Assembly: GCA_035429885.1 (NCBI GenBank)
Contig: DAOMFR010000003.1
Span: forward strand, 28,010 to 92,009
DNA length: 64,000 nt
Source: Blastocatellia bacterium
Lineage (GTDB): Bacteria > Acidobacteriota > Blastocatellia > RBC074
Direction: 5' to 3'
Of the stretch, positions 26,307-36,599 are shown in pieces. How positions within the stretch are numbered: position 1 is the first letter of the stretch; the number at the start of each line of letters is the position of its first letter. The notes under the pieces are model-generated. The model searched no databases. It had not been told where the DNA came from and worked only from the letters and a program-made list of their open reading frames with translations. The translations under genes were made by a program, and so were the position numbers.

Positions 26307-29300
26307 ATGAAAAGGTTGATATTCCTTTGTGTCATGGTTTGCGCGGGCTTGGCTTCCGCAATTGCACAAACCAACACAGGGCGATTGGTGGGAACGGTCG
26401 CCAGTTCGGACGGCGTCATCGCCGGTGCGAGCATCACGATCACAGACGACAAGACTCGCAGAGAGAAAGTCATTACATCGGCAGGCGATGGAACGTTCAC
26501 GATTCCGCAGCTTGAAGTCGGAACTTACACCGTTAAGGTAACGGCCAACGGGTTCAAGACCTATACCGCGACCGACGTGAAAATTGACATCGGACGTGAA
26601 TACGCGCTGACAATCACACTGGAAATTGGGCGCGTGGAAGAGTCTGTCACCGTTGCGGCAGGCACGGACGTTCTTAATGCAGTCAACGGCGAATTGAGTG
26701 CGACCGTCAGTGGCAAACAGATTATCGAATTGCCGCTTAACGGGCGCAATCCGCTGAACCTGATTGCACTGCAAGCAGGTGTGTCACAAAACGGCGCGCA
26801 AAATACTTCGATCAATGGGCTGCGTACTTCGTTCACGAATATCACGCGCGACGGATTGAACGTGCAAGATGGCTTTATTCGTTCCAACGCGACGGATTTT
26901 TCGCCGAATCGCCCGTCAGTGGACAACATCGGCGAATTCACGATCACGACCTCGAATTCCAATGCCGACCAGAATGGCGGCGCGCAGATTCGGCAAGTGA
27001 CGCCGCGCGGTGAGAGCAAATTCCACGGCTCGGCGTTTGAATTCAACCGCAATTCGGCGCTGGCGGCGAACAACTTCTTCAGCAATCGCAGCAACATTCC
27101 AATCGCATTTCTGAACCGAAACAATTTCGGCGGCAAGGTGCTTGGCCCGATGCCGTTGCCGCGCTTTGGCCAGGGCGGATCGCCGCTGCTGAAAAACAAA
27201 GCGTTCTTCTTCTTTGGCTACGAAGGGTTGCGCACGCGCACTTCGTCGCTGGCGACACGCACGATTTTGTTGCCGGGCGCGCGCCAAGGAAATTTCACTT
27301 ACGTGGACAACGCCAACGTGACGCGCACGGTGAATCTGTTTTCGTTGCTGCCCGCCAATTCGGGCATCACGGGAGTAGACCCCTATGTTGGGCAAAACAT
27401 CCTGTCGCAAGTTCCCACGGTTGGAAACCGCGCGGATGTGGGCGACCAATTTAATACGACGGGGCTGAGTTTTAACCAGCCGTCGAATTCTGATCGTAAC
27501 GTGTACACCTCGCGCGTGGATTTCGACATTAACGAAAAACACACATTCAACGTTGTTTACGATTACAACAAAGAAAACAACCTGCGCCCGGATGTGGATG
27601 GCACGCAAGGGTTCAATACGCGTCCCGCGACCATTCAATCATCGGATAACAAGCTGCTGGTGATGGCGTATCGCTGGACGCCCGGTGGACGGTTCAGCAA
27701 CGAAATTCGGGGCGGCACTTTCCGCAGCATTGTGCCATTCGACAACACGCTGGCGAACCCGGGCTTTTACGTGAATCCTACGCTTATTAGCAATCCTGTG
27801 GTGACCTTTCAGGATCAAGGGCGTTTTACGCGCTATTACAACTATCAGGACAACGCCGATTTGAACTGGGGCAAGCACAGCCTGCGTTTTGGCGGTCAGT
27901 TGCAGTTCCAGGAAGTGGACGCTTACAACGACGCAGGCATTGTCGCCACTTATAACATGGGCACGAACGTCAACACGCCAAACTTGGTGGCAGGCCAGTT
28001 CCAGGGAGGAATTTCCGTAACGCAGCTCAATACGGCCAACGCATTGTTGGGTTTGGTGGGTGGTCTGGTGACCAGCGGTTCGCAATCCTTCAACGTCGAA
28101 AACAAAAACTCCGGCTTCCGTCCGGTTCGCCGTCTGCAGGATTTCCGTTACGGCAACCATTCGTTGTATGTGCAGGATCAATGGCGCGCGATGCAGTCGC
28201 TGACCGTGAACGTGGGGCTGCGCTATGAGCTTTACACGGGATTGAAACAGAACAACGGCTTGGCGCTGGAAGTGGCTATTCCGAAAGGAACAGATCCGGT
28301 GCAGGCAATTCTTAATCCGAACGGAACCTACAACTACATCGGCGGCAACGCTGGCGTGGAAAATCAGTTTTACAAAACGGATAAGAACAATTTTGCTCCC
28401 ATCATCAGTGTGGCTTGGGCTCCGAACAAGTGGGGCAAATTCGGCAAGTATCTCTTTGGCGAAGGCGGCAAAACTGTGTTGCGCGGCGGATACCGCATGA
28501 GCTACCTGAACGATCAGATGATTACGGCGCTGAACAACGCGGCTGTGGGGAATGCGGGGCTGGGAACGACCTCGGTTGGAGCAATCAATCCCCTGACCAG
28601 CAACACGGCGCTCAATGCCCGTTTGAACGCGCTGCCTTCAATTGCGTCACCGGGCGTGCCGGTGGTTCCGCGCACCTTTGCGCAAAACAATTCGGCTGCG
28701 TTCAGCTTTTTCGGCACAGCCTTCGCGATTGATCCCGAAATTCAGACGCCGCGTGTGGAAGAGTACAACTTCGGCATCCAGCGCGAATTCGGCGCGAACG
28801 CGATCGAAATTCGCTGGGTTGGCGGACGCGGCAACAACCTTTGGCGCTCGATTGATTACAACCAGATGGACATCGTCAACAACGGCTTCCTGGCGGATTT
28901 CAACCGCGCGCGCGCCAACCTGGTGCTGACGGGAAATCCGGCTTGCACCACTGCGCAAAACGCTGGTTGCCAGGCGCTGACCGTGTTCCCGAATCTGGTT
29001 GGTGGCGGTTCATTGGCCAACACTGCGAACCGCAATCAACTGATCAACGGCACACCCGCTGATCTGGCGCTGAACTACATTCAGTTGAATCAGGCAGGCA
29101 CAGTTAAGTTTCTGCCCAACGCAGGCACTGGCGTAGCCAACCTGTTCACGAACGGCGCGAAATACAATTACAACTCCGTGCAGGCAGAATTCCGTCGTCG
29201 CTTTACCAAAGGGTTATACCTGCAAGCAAATTACACCTTCCAGAAAACGCTCACCAATGGCATTGGGACGTCCCAGCAGTTGGTGGAACCGTTCCTGGAT

Positions 29301-29993
29301 AACGCCCGTCCAGAACTGGAATATTCGCGCGCCGATTACGACCAGACGCACGGGCTGAAGTTCAATGCCATTTATGAATTGCCGTTCGGCAACGGACGCA
29401 AATTCTTCGGCGGAGCCAATCGCGTGGTGGATGCGATCATCGGCGGGTGGCAATTCAGCCCGATCCTGACGATCAGTTCCGGCGCTCCGATTTCCATCTT
29501 TGATCCGCGTGGAACGTACAATCGCGCCGGCCGTTCAGGCCGTCAAACGGCAGTTACTTCGCTGAACAAGGATCAAGTCAAGGACTTGTTTGGCATTTAC
29601 AAGATGGAGGCGGGGAATTCACGAGGCGTTCCGGCGGGCATCTACTTCATCAATCCGGCTGTAATTAACACGACGGGACGTGGAGCAGAAGGTTTTGGCA
29701 CGACGGCATTTTCTGGCCAGGCCTTCTTCAACAATGCGCCAGGACAAGTCAGCGGTATGGAGCGCGCATTCATCAACGGGCCGTGGTACACCAACCTGGA
29801 TGCGAGCTTGGCCAAGAACTTCCGCATCAAGGAAGGCATGCGCTTCCAGCTCCGTCTGGAAGCTTTCAATGCCCTGAACAAGACCAACTTCTTCTTCGGG
29901 CAGGGACAAAACATTAACAGCACGACCTTCGGGCGTGTAACATCCGCGTTCTCGCCGCGCATTATTCAAATCGGCGGACGCTTTGATTTTTAA
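26307..29993 (+). CDS. TonB-dependent outer-membrane receptor with N-terminal carboxypeptidase-regulatory-like domain
   Basis: A signal peptide is present (MKRLIFLCVMVCAGLASAIA). A CarboxypepD_reg-like block is present (GRLVGTV...GASITITD...FTIPQLEVGTYTVKVTANGFK). A plug motif is present (ELPLNGRNPLNLIALQAGV). The long beta-barrel ends in ...IQIGGRFDF. Confidence 0.9.
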   Translation: MKRLIFLCVMVCAGLASAIAQTNTGRLVGTVASSDGVIAGASITITDDKTRREKVITSAGDGTFTIPQLEVGTYTVKVTANGFKTYTATDVKIDIGREYALTITLEIGRVEESVTVAAGTDVLNAVNGELSATVSGKQIIELPLNGRNPLNLIALQAGVSQNGAQNTSINGLRTSFTNITRDGLNVQDGFIRSNATDFSPNRPSVDNIGEFTITTSNSNADQNGGAQIRQVTPRGESKFHGSAFEFNRNSALAANNFFSNRSNIPIAFLNRNNFGGKVLGPMPLPRFGQGGSPLLKNKAFFFFGYEGLRTRTSSLATRTILLPGARQGNFTYVDNANVTRTVNLFSLLPANSGITGVDPYVGQNILSQVPTVGNRADVGDQFNTTGLSFNQPSNSDRNVYTSRVDFDINEKHTFNVVYDYNKENNLRPDVDGTQGFNTRPATIQSSDNKLLVMAYRWTPGGRFSNEIRGGTFRSIVPFDNTLANPGFYVNPTLISNPVVTFQDQGRFTRYYNYQDNADLNWGKHSLRFGGQLQFQEVDAYNDAGIVATYNMGTNVNTPNLVAGQFQGGISVTQLNTANALLGLVGGLVTSGSQSFNVENKNSGFRPVRRLQDFRYGNHSLYVQDQWRAMQSLTVNVGLRYELYTGLKQNNGLALEVAIPKGTDPVQAILNPNGTYNYIGGNAGVENQFYKTDKNNFAPIISVAWAPNKWGKFGKYLFGEGGKTVLRGGYRMSYLNDQMITALNNAAVGNAGLGTTSVGAINPLTSNTALNARLNALPSIASPGVPVVPRTFAQNNSAAFSFFGTAFAIDPEIQTPRVEEYNFGIQREFGANAIEIRWVGGRGNNLWRSIDYNQMDIVNNGFLADFNRARANLVLTGNPACTTAQNAGCQALTVFPNLVGGGSLANTANRNQLINGTPADLALNYIQLNQAGTVKFLPNAGTGVANLFTNGAKYNYNSVQAEFRRRFTKGLYLQANYTFQKTLTNGIGTSQQLVEPFLDNARPELEYSRADYDQTHGLKFNAIYELPFGNGRKFFGGANRVVDAIIGGWQFSPILTISSGAPISIFDPRGTYNRAGRSGRQTAVTSLNKDQVKDLFGIYKMEAGNSRGVPAGIYFINPAVINTTGRGAEGFGTTAFSGQAFFNNAPGQVSGMERAFINGPWYTNLDASLAKNFRIKEGMRFQLRLEAFNALNKTNFFFGQGQNINSTTFGRVTSAFSPRIIQIGGRFDF

Positions 29994-30020
29994 TCCTGAG
30001 AGAACAAGCTAGCCTTGAAC

Positions 30021-30053
30021 GGGAGCGGCCTAAAAACCGCTCCCATTTTTTTT
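30021..30053 (+). terminator. Rho-independent terminator after the TonB receptor gene
   Basis: Stem GGGAGCGG (30021-28) pairs with CCGCTCCC (30037-44) across an 8-nt loop. A T8 run lies at 30046-53. Confidence 0.8.
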
Positions 30054-30104
30054 GATGAAATCGAAATGCGATTTTGCCTGATGGGATGTCTGATTGCGTA
30101 GTAA

Positions 30105-30665
30105 TCAACCGGTTCGCAGTTTCGATTTCGCCAGCGCCGTATACTGTGCTCCCGCCGGATGTAACTCACTTTTAAACAAGACCAATTCGCCGACTTCAAA
30201 TGATAATTGGGGAAGTCGAACCATGTCTGCTTTGGCCATCAGCAGTTTGATGTTCTTGCCGGATTTCACGCGACCAATGGTCAAGTGGGGCTTGAACGGT
30301 TTGTCTTCGCGATCAAATCCCAACGCCACCAACTCAGTTTCCAAACGCTTCTGCAGCTGCGCGGCAATTTCTGTATTTCCGTCCAAGCCCACCCACAACA
30401 CGCGAGGCTGACGAAAGTTGGGAAAGTATCCCGTGTCGCCTAATTGCAATGCGAAGGGCGAAAACTCCGTGGCGATCTGGGCGCAAAGCTGCTTCAGGGA
30501 CTCTACTTGTCGCTCACCAACTTCGCCCAGAAAGCGCAAAGTTAGATGAATGTTGTCAGGATTTGTCCAGCCCACATCCGCGCCGGTTCGGCGAAGCTCT
30601 GATTGCAGCTTGGCCAGCTCAGCTTTGATGGCGTCAGGAATTTCAATGGCGATAAACGTTCGCAT
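30105..30665 (-). CDS. thpR: RNA 2',3'-cyclic phosphodiesterase (2H family, ThpR/LigT)
   Basis: Two HxTx motifs are present (HLTLRFLG and HLTIGRV). I prefer the start at MRTFIAIEIP (30665). Confidence 0.85.
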   Translation of the reverse strand: MRTFIAIEIPDAIKAELAKLQSELRRTGADVGWTNPDNIHLTLRFLGEVGERQVESLKQLCAQIATEFSPFALQLGDTGYFPNFRQPRVLWVGLDGNTEIAAQLQKRLETELVALGFDREDKPFKPHLTIGRVKSGKNIKLLMAKADMVRLPQLSFEVGELVLFKSELHPAGAQYTALAKSKLRTG

Positions 30666-30918
30666 GGTGAATCTCCGATATACGGCCCAAATCAGCCAGA
30701 ACAATTGCTCAGCGTATCTGGGAAACCGTCACAAAGAAATTTTTCCGGCAGATGATAGTTCTGGGACCTGACTTCCGCCTTAGTGGGTGAAGACGAAAGA
30801 GAGTCTGAAAGATCAGTGAGCAAACCCAGAGCGATTCACTGAATGAAAGAGCAATGAACTTCGGCAAGGAGTTGCCGATCGCTAAGCGCGTTGTGATCGC
30901 GCAGGAGAAAATACCCAA

Positions 30919-32946
30919 ATGTTCAAGTTATTCAAAAACGTTTTTATCGCATTAACCATCGGAGCAGTCATTTCAGGCAGTGTGCTCATTCCGCTGCCGG
31001 GCGCAACGGCGAGCACAACCATTCCAGTCCAAACAGGAGCGGCTTCGGACAGCGAAGAATTGCGGAATTTCCCGGCGCAGACACGATTGGCCTGGGACGG
31101 CGTTGACGATGATGGAACTGTGAACAACGTGCGTGGAGCCAGCCTGAATTTGCGCGTGGAAAACTTAAGCCCTGCGGCGCAACAAGTGGAACTTTCCTTG
31201 CGGGCGGACAATGGCGGAACTTTCAATCCGAAACTGGATGTTGGCTCAGTGCGGTTGGACGGGTTTGGCAGCGTCGTGATTCCCGTGGACGTGCGGCGTT
31301 TTGGATTTGTGATCAGCAGCATGCTTTTTTCCGGTCGTTTGCAGGCGACGGCGCGCGTGCTGGATGACGCGGGAACGTACATTGAAACCAGTCTTTCGTC
31401 GCCCGTGTTCTTTCACCCGACCAGTGTGAACACCACGGCGTTTTACGGCAAACAGGCGTTACAGCGGCAATTCAGTGGCGGCGATTTTCGCGGACGGGCC
31501 CGAAACGATTTGGTGGATCGCGAAGACTCCATTTTGACTCGCGTGATGGACGCGGGCACAGGCAATGCCTCCGCGGAAAGTTTGCGCGAAGAGCAGGCAA
31601 AACTTGCTGAAGACGTGAACGAGAGCCGACGACCGAGCACATCGGCTGTGGCGAGCGAAACTGACAGCTTCAACCTGAAAGCCGAAACTCAGGAAGCGAC
31701 TGCGGCGAACAAATATCGCACGTGCATTCTGTTTCGCATCCAAACGACAGATTCCGGCAGGACCATTGATAACGGCTCGAACAAAGGCGGCACGGAAGAT
31801 TACTGGACCAAGGCTGACGCAGGAATGGACGTTCCCGCTCACGGCGTTCACGTCCGAATCAAAAAGAACGGCGTCGAAAAAACGTATGTGACAGATCAGT
31901 CCACAGGCTGTTTCAACTGGTCGCACGATGAAACGGGAGAGTTTTTGTTGACGGCTTATGGGTATGCGTCGGATGTGAGTGGCACCTACGTTCGCATTCA
32001 CAACAACGTAAATGACTTTTCTTCCTATCCCGGCACGACGTATCGAGTTGCGGGATACATCAAACCGTCTACTGCCGGAACTCAGTATTACGCGTTCGGC
32101 AACTATGACAGCGAATGGACCGCGATGGCGATTGCCGCCTTCACGCTGTACCGCGTGCCAGGAGCGCCGAACAAGGCGTACCACATGGCCATTGATAACA
32201 CTGCGAACGCTTATTCGTCCGCGCATTGGAGCAAGTCGAATTCGTACATCACCAGCGGACGGCATTACCTGCGCATTGCCAACGTGGACCCGAATGGCGG
32301 CATGCCGCAAGCTCACCAGAAATCGGTGGTTTCTCACGAAATGGGACACGCCATCGCCGCGCTGTATTACGGCGCGCAACCCGGAGCCAAGAATGGCGGC
32401 GAACCGGACGTGCGAATTGATCACAACGTGACGCCGGACAATTGCGTGGCTGCGAATGTTCCTTTTGATAGTTACTGGATTGGATCGAAGGAATGGAATT
32501 CGGTTGGCTTCCGCGAAGGCTTCGCCACGTTTCTTGCTGCTCGTGTGTGGAACAACAAGGATTACGAAGGCGCACTGAGTTGGATGGGAACGCAGCTCGA
32601 CTTGGAACGCCACAGCAATGGCACCGGAACGACTTCGGGCGGGCGATTGGAAAATGTTTGTTGCACAGGGCCAAATTGCGGTAACTCGCTGAAAAGTGCT
32701 GGAACCAATGAAGATTGGGTTCTGTTTTTCTGGGACTTGTATACCAACAAGGATGACGAATGCACCCAACAGCCTTCGATCTGGGGAATGTTGAATTTAT
32801 ACAGCGGCACGCGGTTTCGGTCAGGGCTGGCTTACAACAATTACTTCGGCAAAATGCGCGAAGCGGTGATGGCTGTCTGGCCTCAAAGCTGTCTGGCGGA
32901 AAAGCGGTTTGATGCCTACGCGATTCACAATGGCATCAACAACTGA
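30919..32946 (+). CDS. secreted hypothetical protein with HExxH zinc-metalloprotease motif
   Basis: The N-terminus is signal-like. HEMGH lies at 32335-32349. A downstream REGFATF, 55 aa after it, resembles the gluzincin third-ligand block. Confidence 0.6.
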   Translation: MFKLFKNVFIALTIGAVISGSVLIPLPGATASTTIPVQTGAASDSEELRNFPAQTRLAWDGVDDDGTVNNVRGASLNLRVENLSPAAQQVELSLRADNGGTFNPKLDVGSVRLDGFGSVVIPVDVRRFGFVISSMLFSGRLQATARVLDDAGTYIETSLSSPVFFHPTSVNTTAFYGKQALQRQFSGGDFRGRARNDLVDREDSILTRVMDAGTGNASAESLREEQAKLAEDVNESRRPSTSAVASETDSFNLKAETQEATAANKYRTCILFRIQTTDSGRTIDNGSNKGGTEDYWTKADAGMDVPAHGVHVRIKKNGVEKTYVTDQSTGCFNWSHDETGEFLLTAYGYASDVSGTYVRIHNNVNDFSSYPGTTYRVAGYIKPSTAGTQYYAFGNYDSEWTAMAIAAFTLYRVPGAPNKAYHMAIDNTANAYSSAHWSKSNSYITSGRHYLRIANVDPNGGMPQAHQKSVVSHEMGHAIAALYYGAQPGAKNGGEPDVRIDHNVTPDNCVAANVPFDSYWIGSKEWNSVGFREGFATFLAARVWNNKDYEGALSWMGTQLDLERHSNGTGTTSGGRLENVCCTGPNCGNSLKSAGTNEDWVLFFWDLYTNKDDECTQQPSIWGMLNLYSGTRFRSGLAYNNYFGKMREAVMAVWPQSCLAEKRFDAYAIHNGINN

Positions 32947-32965
32947 AACGGCAAATCGTTTTCTC

Positions 32966-33012
32966 AACCGCACCGGGTTCTCTTGTCGCGGACAAGAGAA
33001 CCCGGTGCGGTT
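32966..33012. terminator. 22-bp perfect hairpin between convergent genes
   Basis: AACCGCACCGGGTTCTCTTGTC, loop GCG, then GACAAGAGAACCCGGTGCGGTT. It starts 20 nt after the + gene stop and ends 5 nt before the - gene stop. Confidence 0.65.
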
Positions 33013-33017
33013 TGTGG

Positions 33018-33887
33018 TCAATCTTTTTTCAGGATGGAAACGCGCCGTGGATCATGTTGCGAAGTGCGCGAGAACACACGTTTGAAAAATCCTGGTTTGG
33101 CGGGGGCTAGCAGCTTTTTGATTTTGGGAATCACGCGGCGAACGGCTTCTTCTCCGGCGGCGATCATTTCAGCGGCTTTCGACAAATCGTCCGCGCGAAC
33201 GTGCTCAATTTCCGGGCGGACGATCACATCGGCATCCGAGTAAATGTACGTCACGGCGCTGCGACCCATGACAGACATCGCCTGCGACATGATCGTGAAC
33301 ATGTTGTTTGGTTGCGGAATCGGCAAATGCTGGGAATTCACATCCACGGCGATGACGACATCCGCTCCCATCATCCGGGCGACAGAAGCCGGAATGTGGC
33401 CGACTAAACCGCCGTCTACCATCAATCGTCCATTGACAGTCACGGGCGTATAAAACACTGGCATGGCGCAACTGGCGCGAATGGCCAATGGAATGCTGCC
33501 TTCGGTGAAAACCACCATCTTGCCGGTTTGCAGATCGGTTGCCACCGCGCCGAATGGAATGCGTGTTTGCTCAAAGTCGGTCACGGGGAAGTTCTGGCGA
33601 ACGTAATCTTCAGTGCGTTCGCTGTTGTAAAACCCCAGCAGCGACACGGTAGGCCGTCCCAAATCGCTCCAGCGAATGGTCAATGCCAGTTGTTCGATTT
33701 GATCCGGCGAAAGCCCCGTCGCATACGCGCCGCCGATCAAGGAACCGACGCTGGTTCCAGCCAGCAAATCAATCGGAATCCCATGCCGTTCCAATTCGCG
33801 CAACACACCAACGTGAGCGCAACCGCGTGCCATGCCACCGCCGAGCGCCAACCCAACTACCGGACGTTTTTCATTATTCTGTGCCAC
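33018..33887 (-). CDS. patatin-like phospholipase (RssA-like)
   Basis: The oxyanion motif is GLALGGGMARG. The nucleophile elbow is GTSVG. DGG is the Asp of the dyad. I prefer the GTG start at 33887, preceded by GGAGG with a 9-nt spacer. This removes the overlap with the divergent ilvA gene. Confidence 0.85.
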   Translation of the reverse strand: MAQNNEKRPVVGLALGGGMARGCAHVGVLRELERHGIPIDLLAGTSVGSLIGGAYATGLSPDQIEQLALTIRWSDLGRPTVSLLGFYNSERTEDYVRQNFPVTDFEQTRIPFGAVATDLQTGKMVVFTEGSIPLAIRASCAMPVFYTPVTVNGRLMVDGGLVGHIPASVARMMGADVVIAVDVNSQHLPIPQPNNMFTIMSQAMSVMGRSAVTYIYSDADVIVRPEIEHVRADDLSKAAEMIAAGEEAVRRVIPKIKKLLAPAKPGFFKRVFSRTSQHDPRRVSILKKD

Positions 33888-34012
33888 AATCTGAATCCTC
33901 CCCAATTCTTGAAAACATTGCCAATGTACATTTGGACTTTTCCGCACGGCAAGACTTTTCTTGACGTTCGACAAAGTTTGACAGTTTGGGGCCCGGCTTT
34001 TACCTTTGCCCA

Positions 34013-35224
34013 ATGGTCACACTTTCCGACATTCAAGCAGCGCGTGTTCGGCTGGAGCACGCAATCTATCAGACGCCATGTCCATTGTCGCAAACGCTCA
34101 GCCGATTATGCCGCTGCAACACCTACTTCAAGTATGAAAACCTGCAGATGACCGGCAGCTTCAAAGAGCGCGGCGCGTTGAACAAGCTGTTGCAGCTTTC
34201 AACGGCAGAGCGCAATGCCGGAGTTGTGGCCGCCAGCGCGGGCAATCACGCGCAAGGCGTCGCGCATCACGCGACGCGGCTCGGCATTCGGTCGGTGATT
34301 GTCATGCCCAAAGCGACGCCGCTGATCAAAGTCGCCAACACTGCCGATTTGGGCGGCGAAGTCGTCCTGCACGGCGCGACGTATGACGAGGCGTTGGCGC
34401 ACGCGCGCGAATTGTCGGCTCATCACGGATTCACGTTCGTTCACGCCTTCGACGACGAAGCGATCATCGCAGGGCAGGGAACCATCGGGCTGGAATTGTT
34501 GGAAGAGTCGGTGAAGTTCGATGCTGTCGTCGTGCCTATCGGCGGCGGCGGAATGATCAGCGGCATCGCCATTGCGATGAAAGAATTGCAGCCCGGCATT
34601 CGCATCATCGGCGTCGAACCGGAAAATTTCGCTTCGATGAAAGCGGCGGTCGAAACCGGTCAGGTCACCGAAGTCCCCGCGCATCCCACCATTGCCGACG
34701 GGTTGGCGGTCAAACGCGCCGGGCAGAAAACTTCGGAACTGGCGCGTCGTTATGTGGACGACATTGTCACCGTCAGCGAAGACGAAATCGCCAGCGCGAT
34801 CCTGAAGATGCTGGAAATTGAAAAGACTGTGGTCGAAGGCGGAGGCGCGGCCGGGTTGGCGGCGGTGTTGTTCAACAAGCTTTCCAACCTGGAGGGCAAA
34901 AACATCGCTATTGTCATCAGCGGCGGCAACATTGATCCGAACCTGTTGTCGAAGATAATCCAGCGAGGTTTGGCCAAAGATGGTCGTATGGTGCGCATTC
35001 GCGCAATGATGCGCGATCGTCCGGGAGAACTGGCTCGCATTTGCCATCACGTCGCCGAACACGGCGCAAATATTCTGGAAGTCGAACATAACCGCGCCTT
35101 TTCAAACCTGGAAGTCGGCGGTGTGGAAATTGACCTGACACTGGAAGCGCGCGGCCATGACCACGTCAATCATTTGCTGAAGGCGATGAGCAAAGACGGA
35201 ATTCAAGCCAATCTGTTGAGCTGA
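34013..35224 (+). CDS. ilvA: threonine ammonia-lyase (threonine dehydratase) with C-terminal ACT-like domain
   Basis: The PLP lysine lies in [18 protein letters not shown]. The glycine loop is [12 protein letters not shown]-terminal regulatory domain is present. I prefer the ATG at 34013. Confidence 0.9.
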   Translation: MVTLSDIQAARVRLEHAIYQTPCPLSQTLSRLCRCNTYFKYENLQMTGSFKERGALNKLLQLSTAERNAGVVAASAGNHAQGVAHHATRLGIRSVIVMPKATPLIKVANTADLGGEVVLHGATYDEALAHARELSAHHGFTFVHAFDDEAIIAGQGTIGLELLEESVKFDAVVVPIGGGGMISGIAIAMKELQPGIRIIGVEPENFASMKAAVETGQVTEVPAHPTIADGLAVKRAGQKTSELARRYVDDIVTVSEDEIASAILKMLEIEKTVVEGGGAAGLAAVLFNKLSNLEGKNIAIVISGGNIDPNLLSKIIQRGLAKDGRMVRIRAMMRDRPGELARICHHVAEHGANILEVEHNRAFSNLEVGGVEIDLTLEARGHDHVNHLLKAMSKDGIQANLLS

Positions 35225-35314
35225 TTAGTCGCCGCCCAGCACGACTTTCCCGCGAAGAAACACGAAGGCAAATCCATAGATCTTCTTCGTGAATTTTCGT
35301 GGGAGATTTGAGGG

Positions 35315-36541
35315 TTATTTGAGGACGACATTTTCCAGCCGCCAACCTTTCTCTCCACCAATGACCAATGTCGCCTGAATCCGGTCTCCTTTTTTCACTT
35401 TGTTCAACAGCTTTTCGTCTCGCAAAGGGAACGGCATGGTCATCGCTTCCATGTAACCTTTGATTTCCTGGTGTTCGATGGTCACCTGTTTCAGTTCCGG
35501 TTCGACGGAAACAATTTTGCCGTTGAGTTGATAGCGACGCTCAGGATCGGTGGCTGTGGCTGGTTTCGCGGGTGTGGGCGAAGCTTTGGCTGCTGCCAAT
35601 TCCGCTTTTGCTTGAACGGCGGAAATCTGTCGCGTGTACATGGCGATTTTCCAGATGGCTTCGTCGCCGATGCGGCCTTTGTAGCCAGGCATGCCGCTCG
35701 CTTTGATTCCTTCGCTGACGGCGGAATAAATCTCGCCATCACTTAGCGAAGCGATTTCCTTGGCGGTCAGGTCGGCTGGCTTTGTCGGCATGATGGCGGA
35801 AAAATCCGTTTTCGCCTTGCCGTCGTTGCCATGACAAGCGGCGCATCGTTGCAGAAACAGAATCTTTCCAATTGCCAGATTTTCTTCGGTTGCCGGCAAT
35901 GGGCTTTTTAACTGTTTGGCGCTGACCGGAATCAATTCTGTCGCCGGTGTAGCTTTTGCGGAATCGGCATAAATGATTTGCCGATAGCTGATTTCCGAAG
36001 GCTGCAATTCTTTTTGCCCTGCTCCTTGCGCAGGCCGCAACAGAGTTCGTTTGATCCAGTTGCCACGAGCATCGAATTCATACTTGACGGAAAGTTCGGC
36101 GGCGATTCGTTTGCCGTTGTCGTGCGTCCCGCGTTCGATGACGTTTCCTTTGCTGTCATACTCGACGAACTTCTTTGTGTTGTTGTCTAAATTGACAATG
36201 CTGTTGCTGTCCCGTTTAGCGGTTGGATCAAACAACGCTTCGTGTTGCGTGATGGCAAATCCGTTTTCCATCACCACGCGAAATGGTGTTTGCAGAGTTC
36301 GTTTGCCGGAAGCGTCGTACAACGTTGTCGAAGACGCCTGTTGCGTTTCCACCCATTGGCCGTTTTGTTGGTCAAGCACTACATCGTCAGTAAGCGTACC
36401 CCGCACATCACCGATCAGACCGTCACGTTCGCGGTCAATCAATGATCGCGGATCAATCCTGGGTTCTGATTGGCAAGCAGCCACCACCGGTATCGTAAAG
36501 ATTAATAGCAAGAGCAGTTTGTTTCGCACGGTTCCTCGCAT
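35315..36541 (-). CDS. lipoprotein fusing a repeat-containing N-domain, a c-type cytochrome domain and a CusF-like copper-binding domain
   Basis: The lipobox is IPVVAAC. YD-like short repeats are present (LYDASGKRT, EYDSKGNVIE, EFDARGNWIKR). The haem motif is CAACHGNDG, with Met in SGMPGYKG. The C-terminal IEHQEIKGYMEAMTMPFPL...GDRIQATLV is typical of CusF-like domains. I prefer the ATG at 36541. Confidence 0.7.
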   Translation of the reverse strand: MRGTVRNKLLLLLIFTIPVVAACQSEPRIDPRSLIDRERDGLIGDVRGTLTDDVVLDQQNGQWVETQQASSTTLYDASGKRTLQTPFRVVMENGFAITQHEALFDPTAKRDSNSIVNLDNNTKKFVEYDSKGNVIERGTHDNGKRIAAELSVKYEFDARGNWIKRTLLRPAQGAGQKELQPSEISYRQIIYADSAKATPATELIPVSAKQLKSPLPATEENLAIGKILFLQRCAACHGNDGKAKTDFSAIMPTKPADLTAKEIASLSDGEIYSAVSEGIKASGMPGYKGRIGDEAIWKIAMYTRQISAVQAKAELAAAKASPTPAKPATATDPERRYQLNGKIVSVEPELKQVTIEHQEIKGYMEAMTMPFPLRDEKLLNKVKKGDRIQATLVIGGEKGWRLENVVLK

Positions 36542-36599
36542 TGGATTGATATTGTTGTCAGCTCTGAAAAAGCTGTTAGCCAAACGGCAGCACTAAAAT

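Noticed and set aside
31459-32769. A 436 aa ORF antisense to the HExxH protein gene.
   Set aside because: It has no signal, motif or SD, and an Arg-rich composition. The plus-strand ORF has a signal peptide and the HEMGH motif. This is the weakest of these rejections, because the plus-strand protein is itself of unknown family.
30105-33887. Patatin-like phospholipase near a 2H phosphoesterase (ThpR), considered as a possible CBASS-like cyclic-nucleotide defence module.
   Set aside because: No CD-NTase/cyclase, SAVED, STING or other sensor gene is present. The two genes are separated by an unrelated 675 aa secreted protein and lie on opposing strands. The patatin looks like the housekeeping RssA type.
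33986-34013. Apparent overlap of the 5' ends of the divergent patatin and ilvA ORFs in the ORF track.
   Set aside because: It is resolved by better-supported internal starts. These are GTG at 33887 with GGAGG for the patatin gene and ATG at 34013 for ilvA. They leave a normal 125-nt divergent promoter region.
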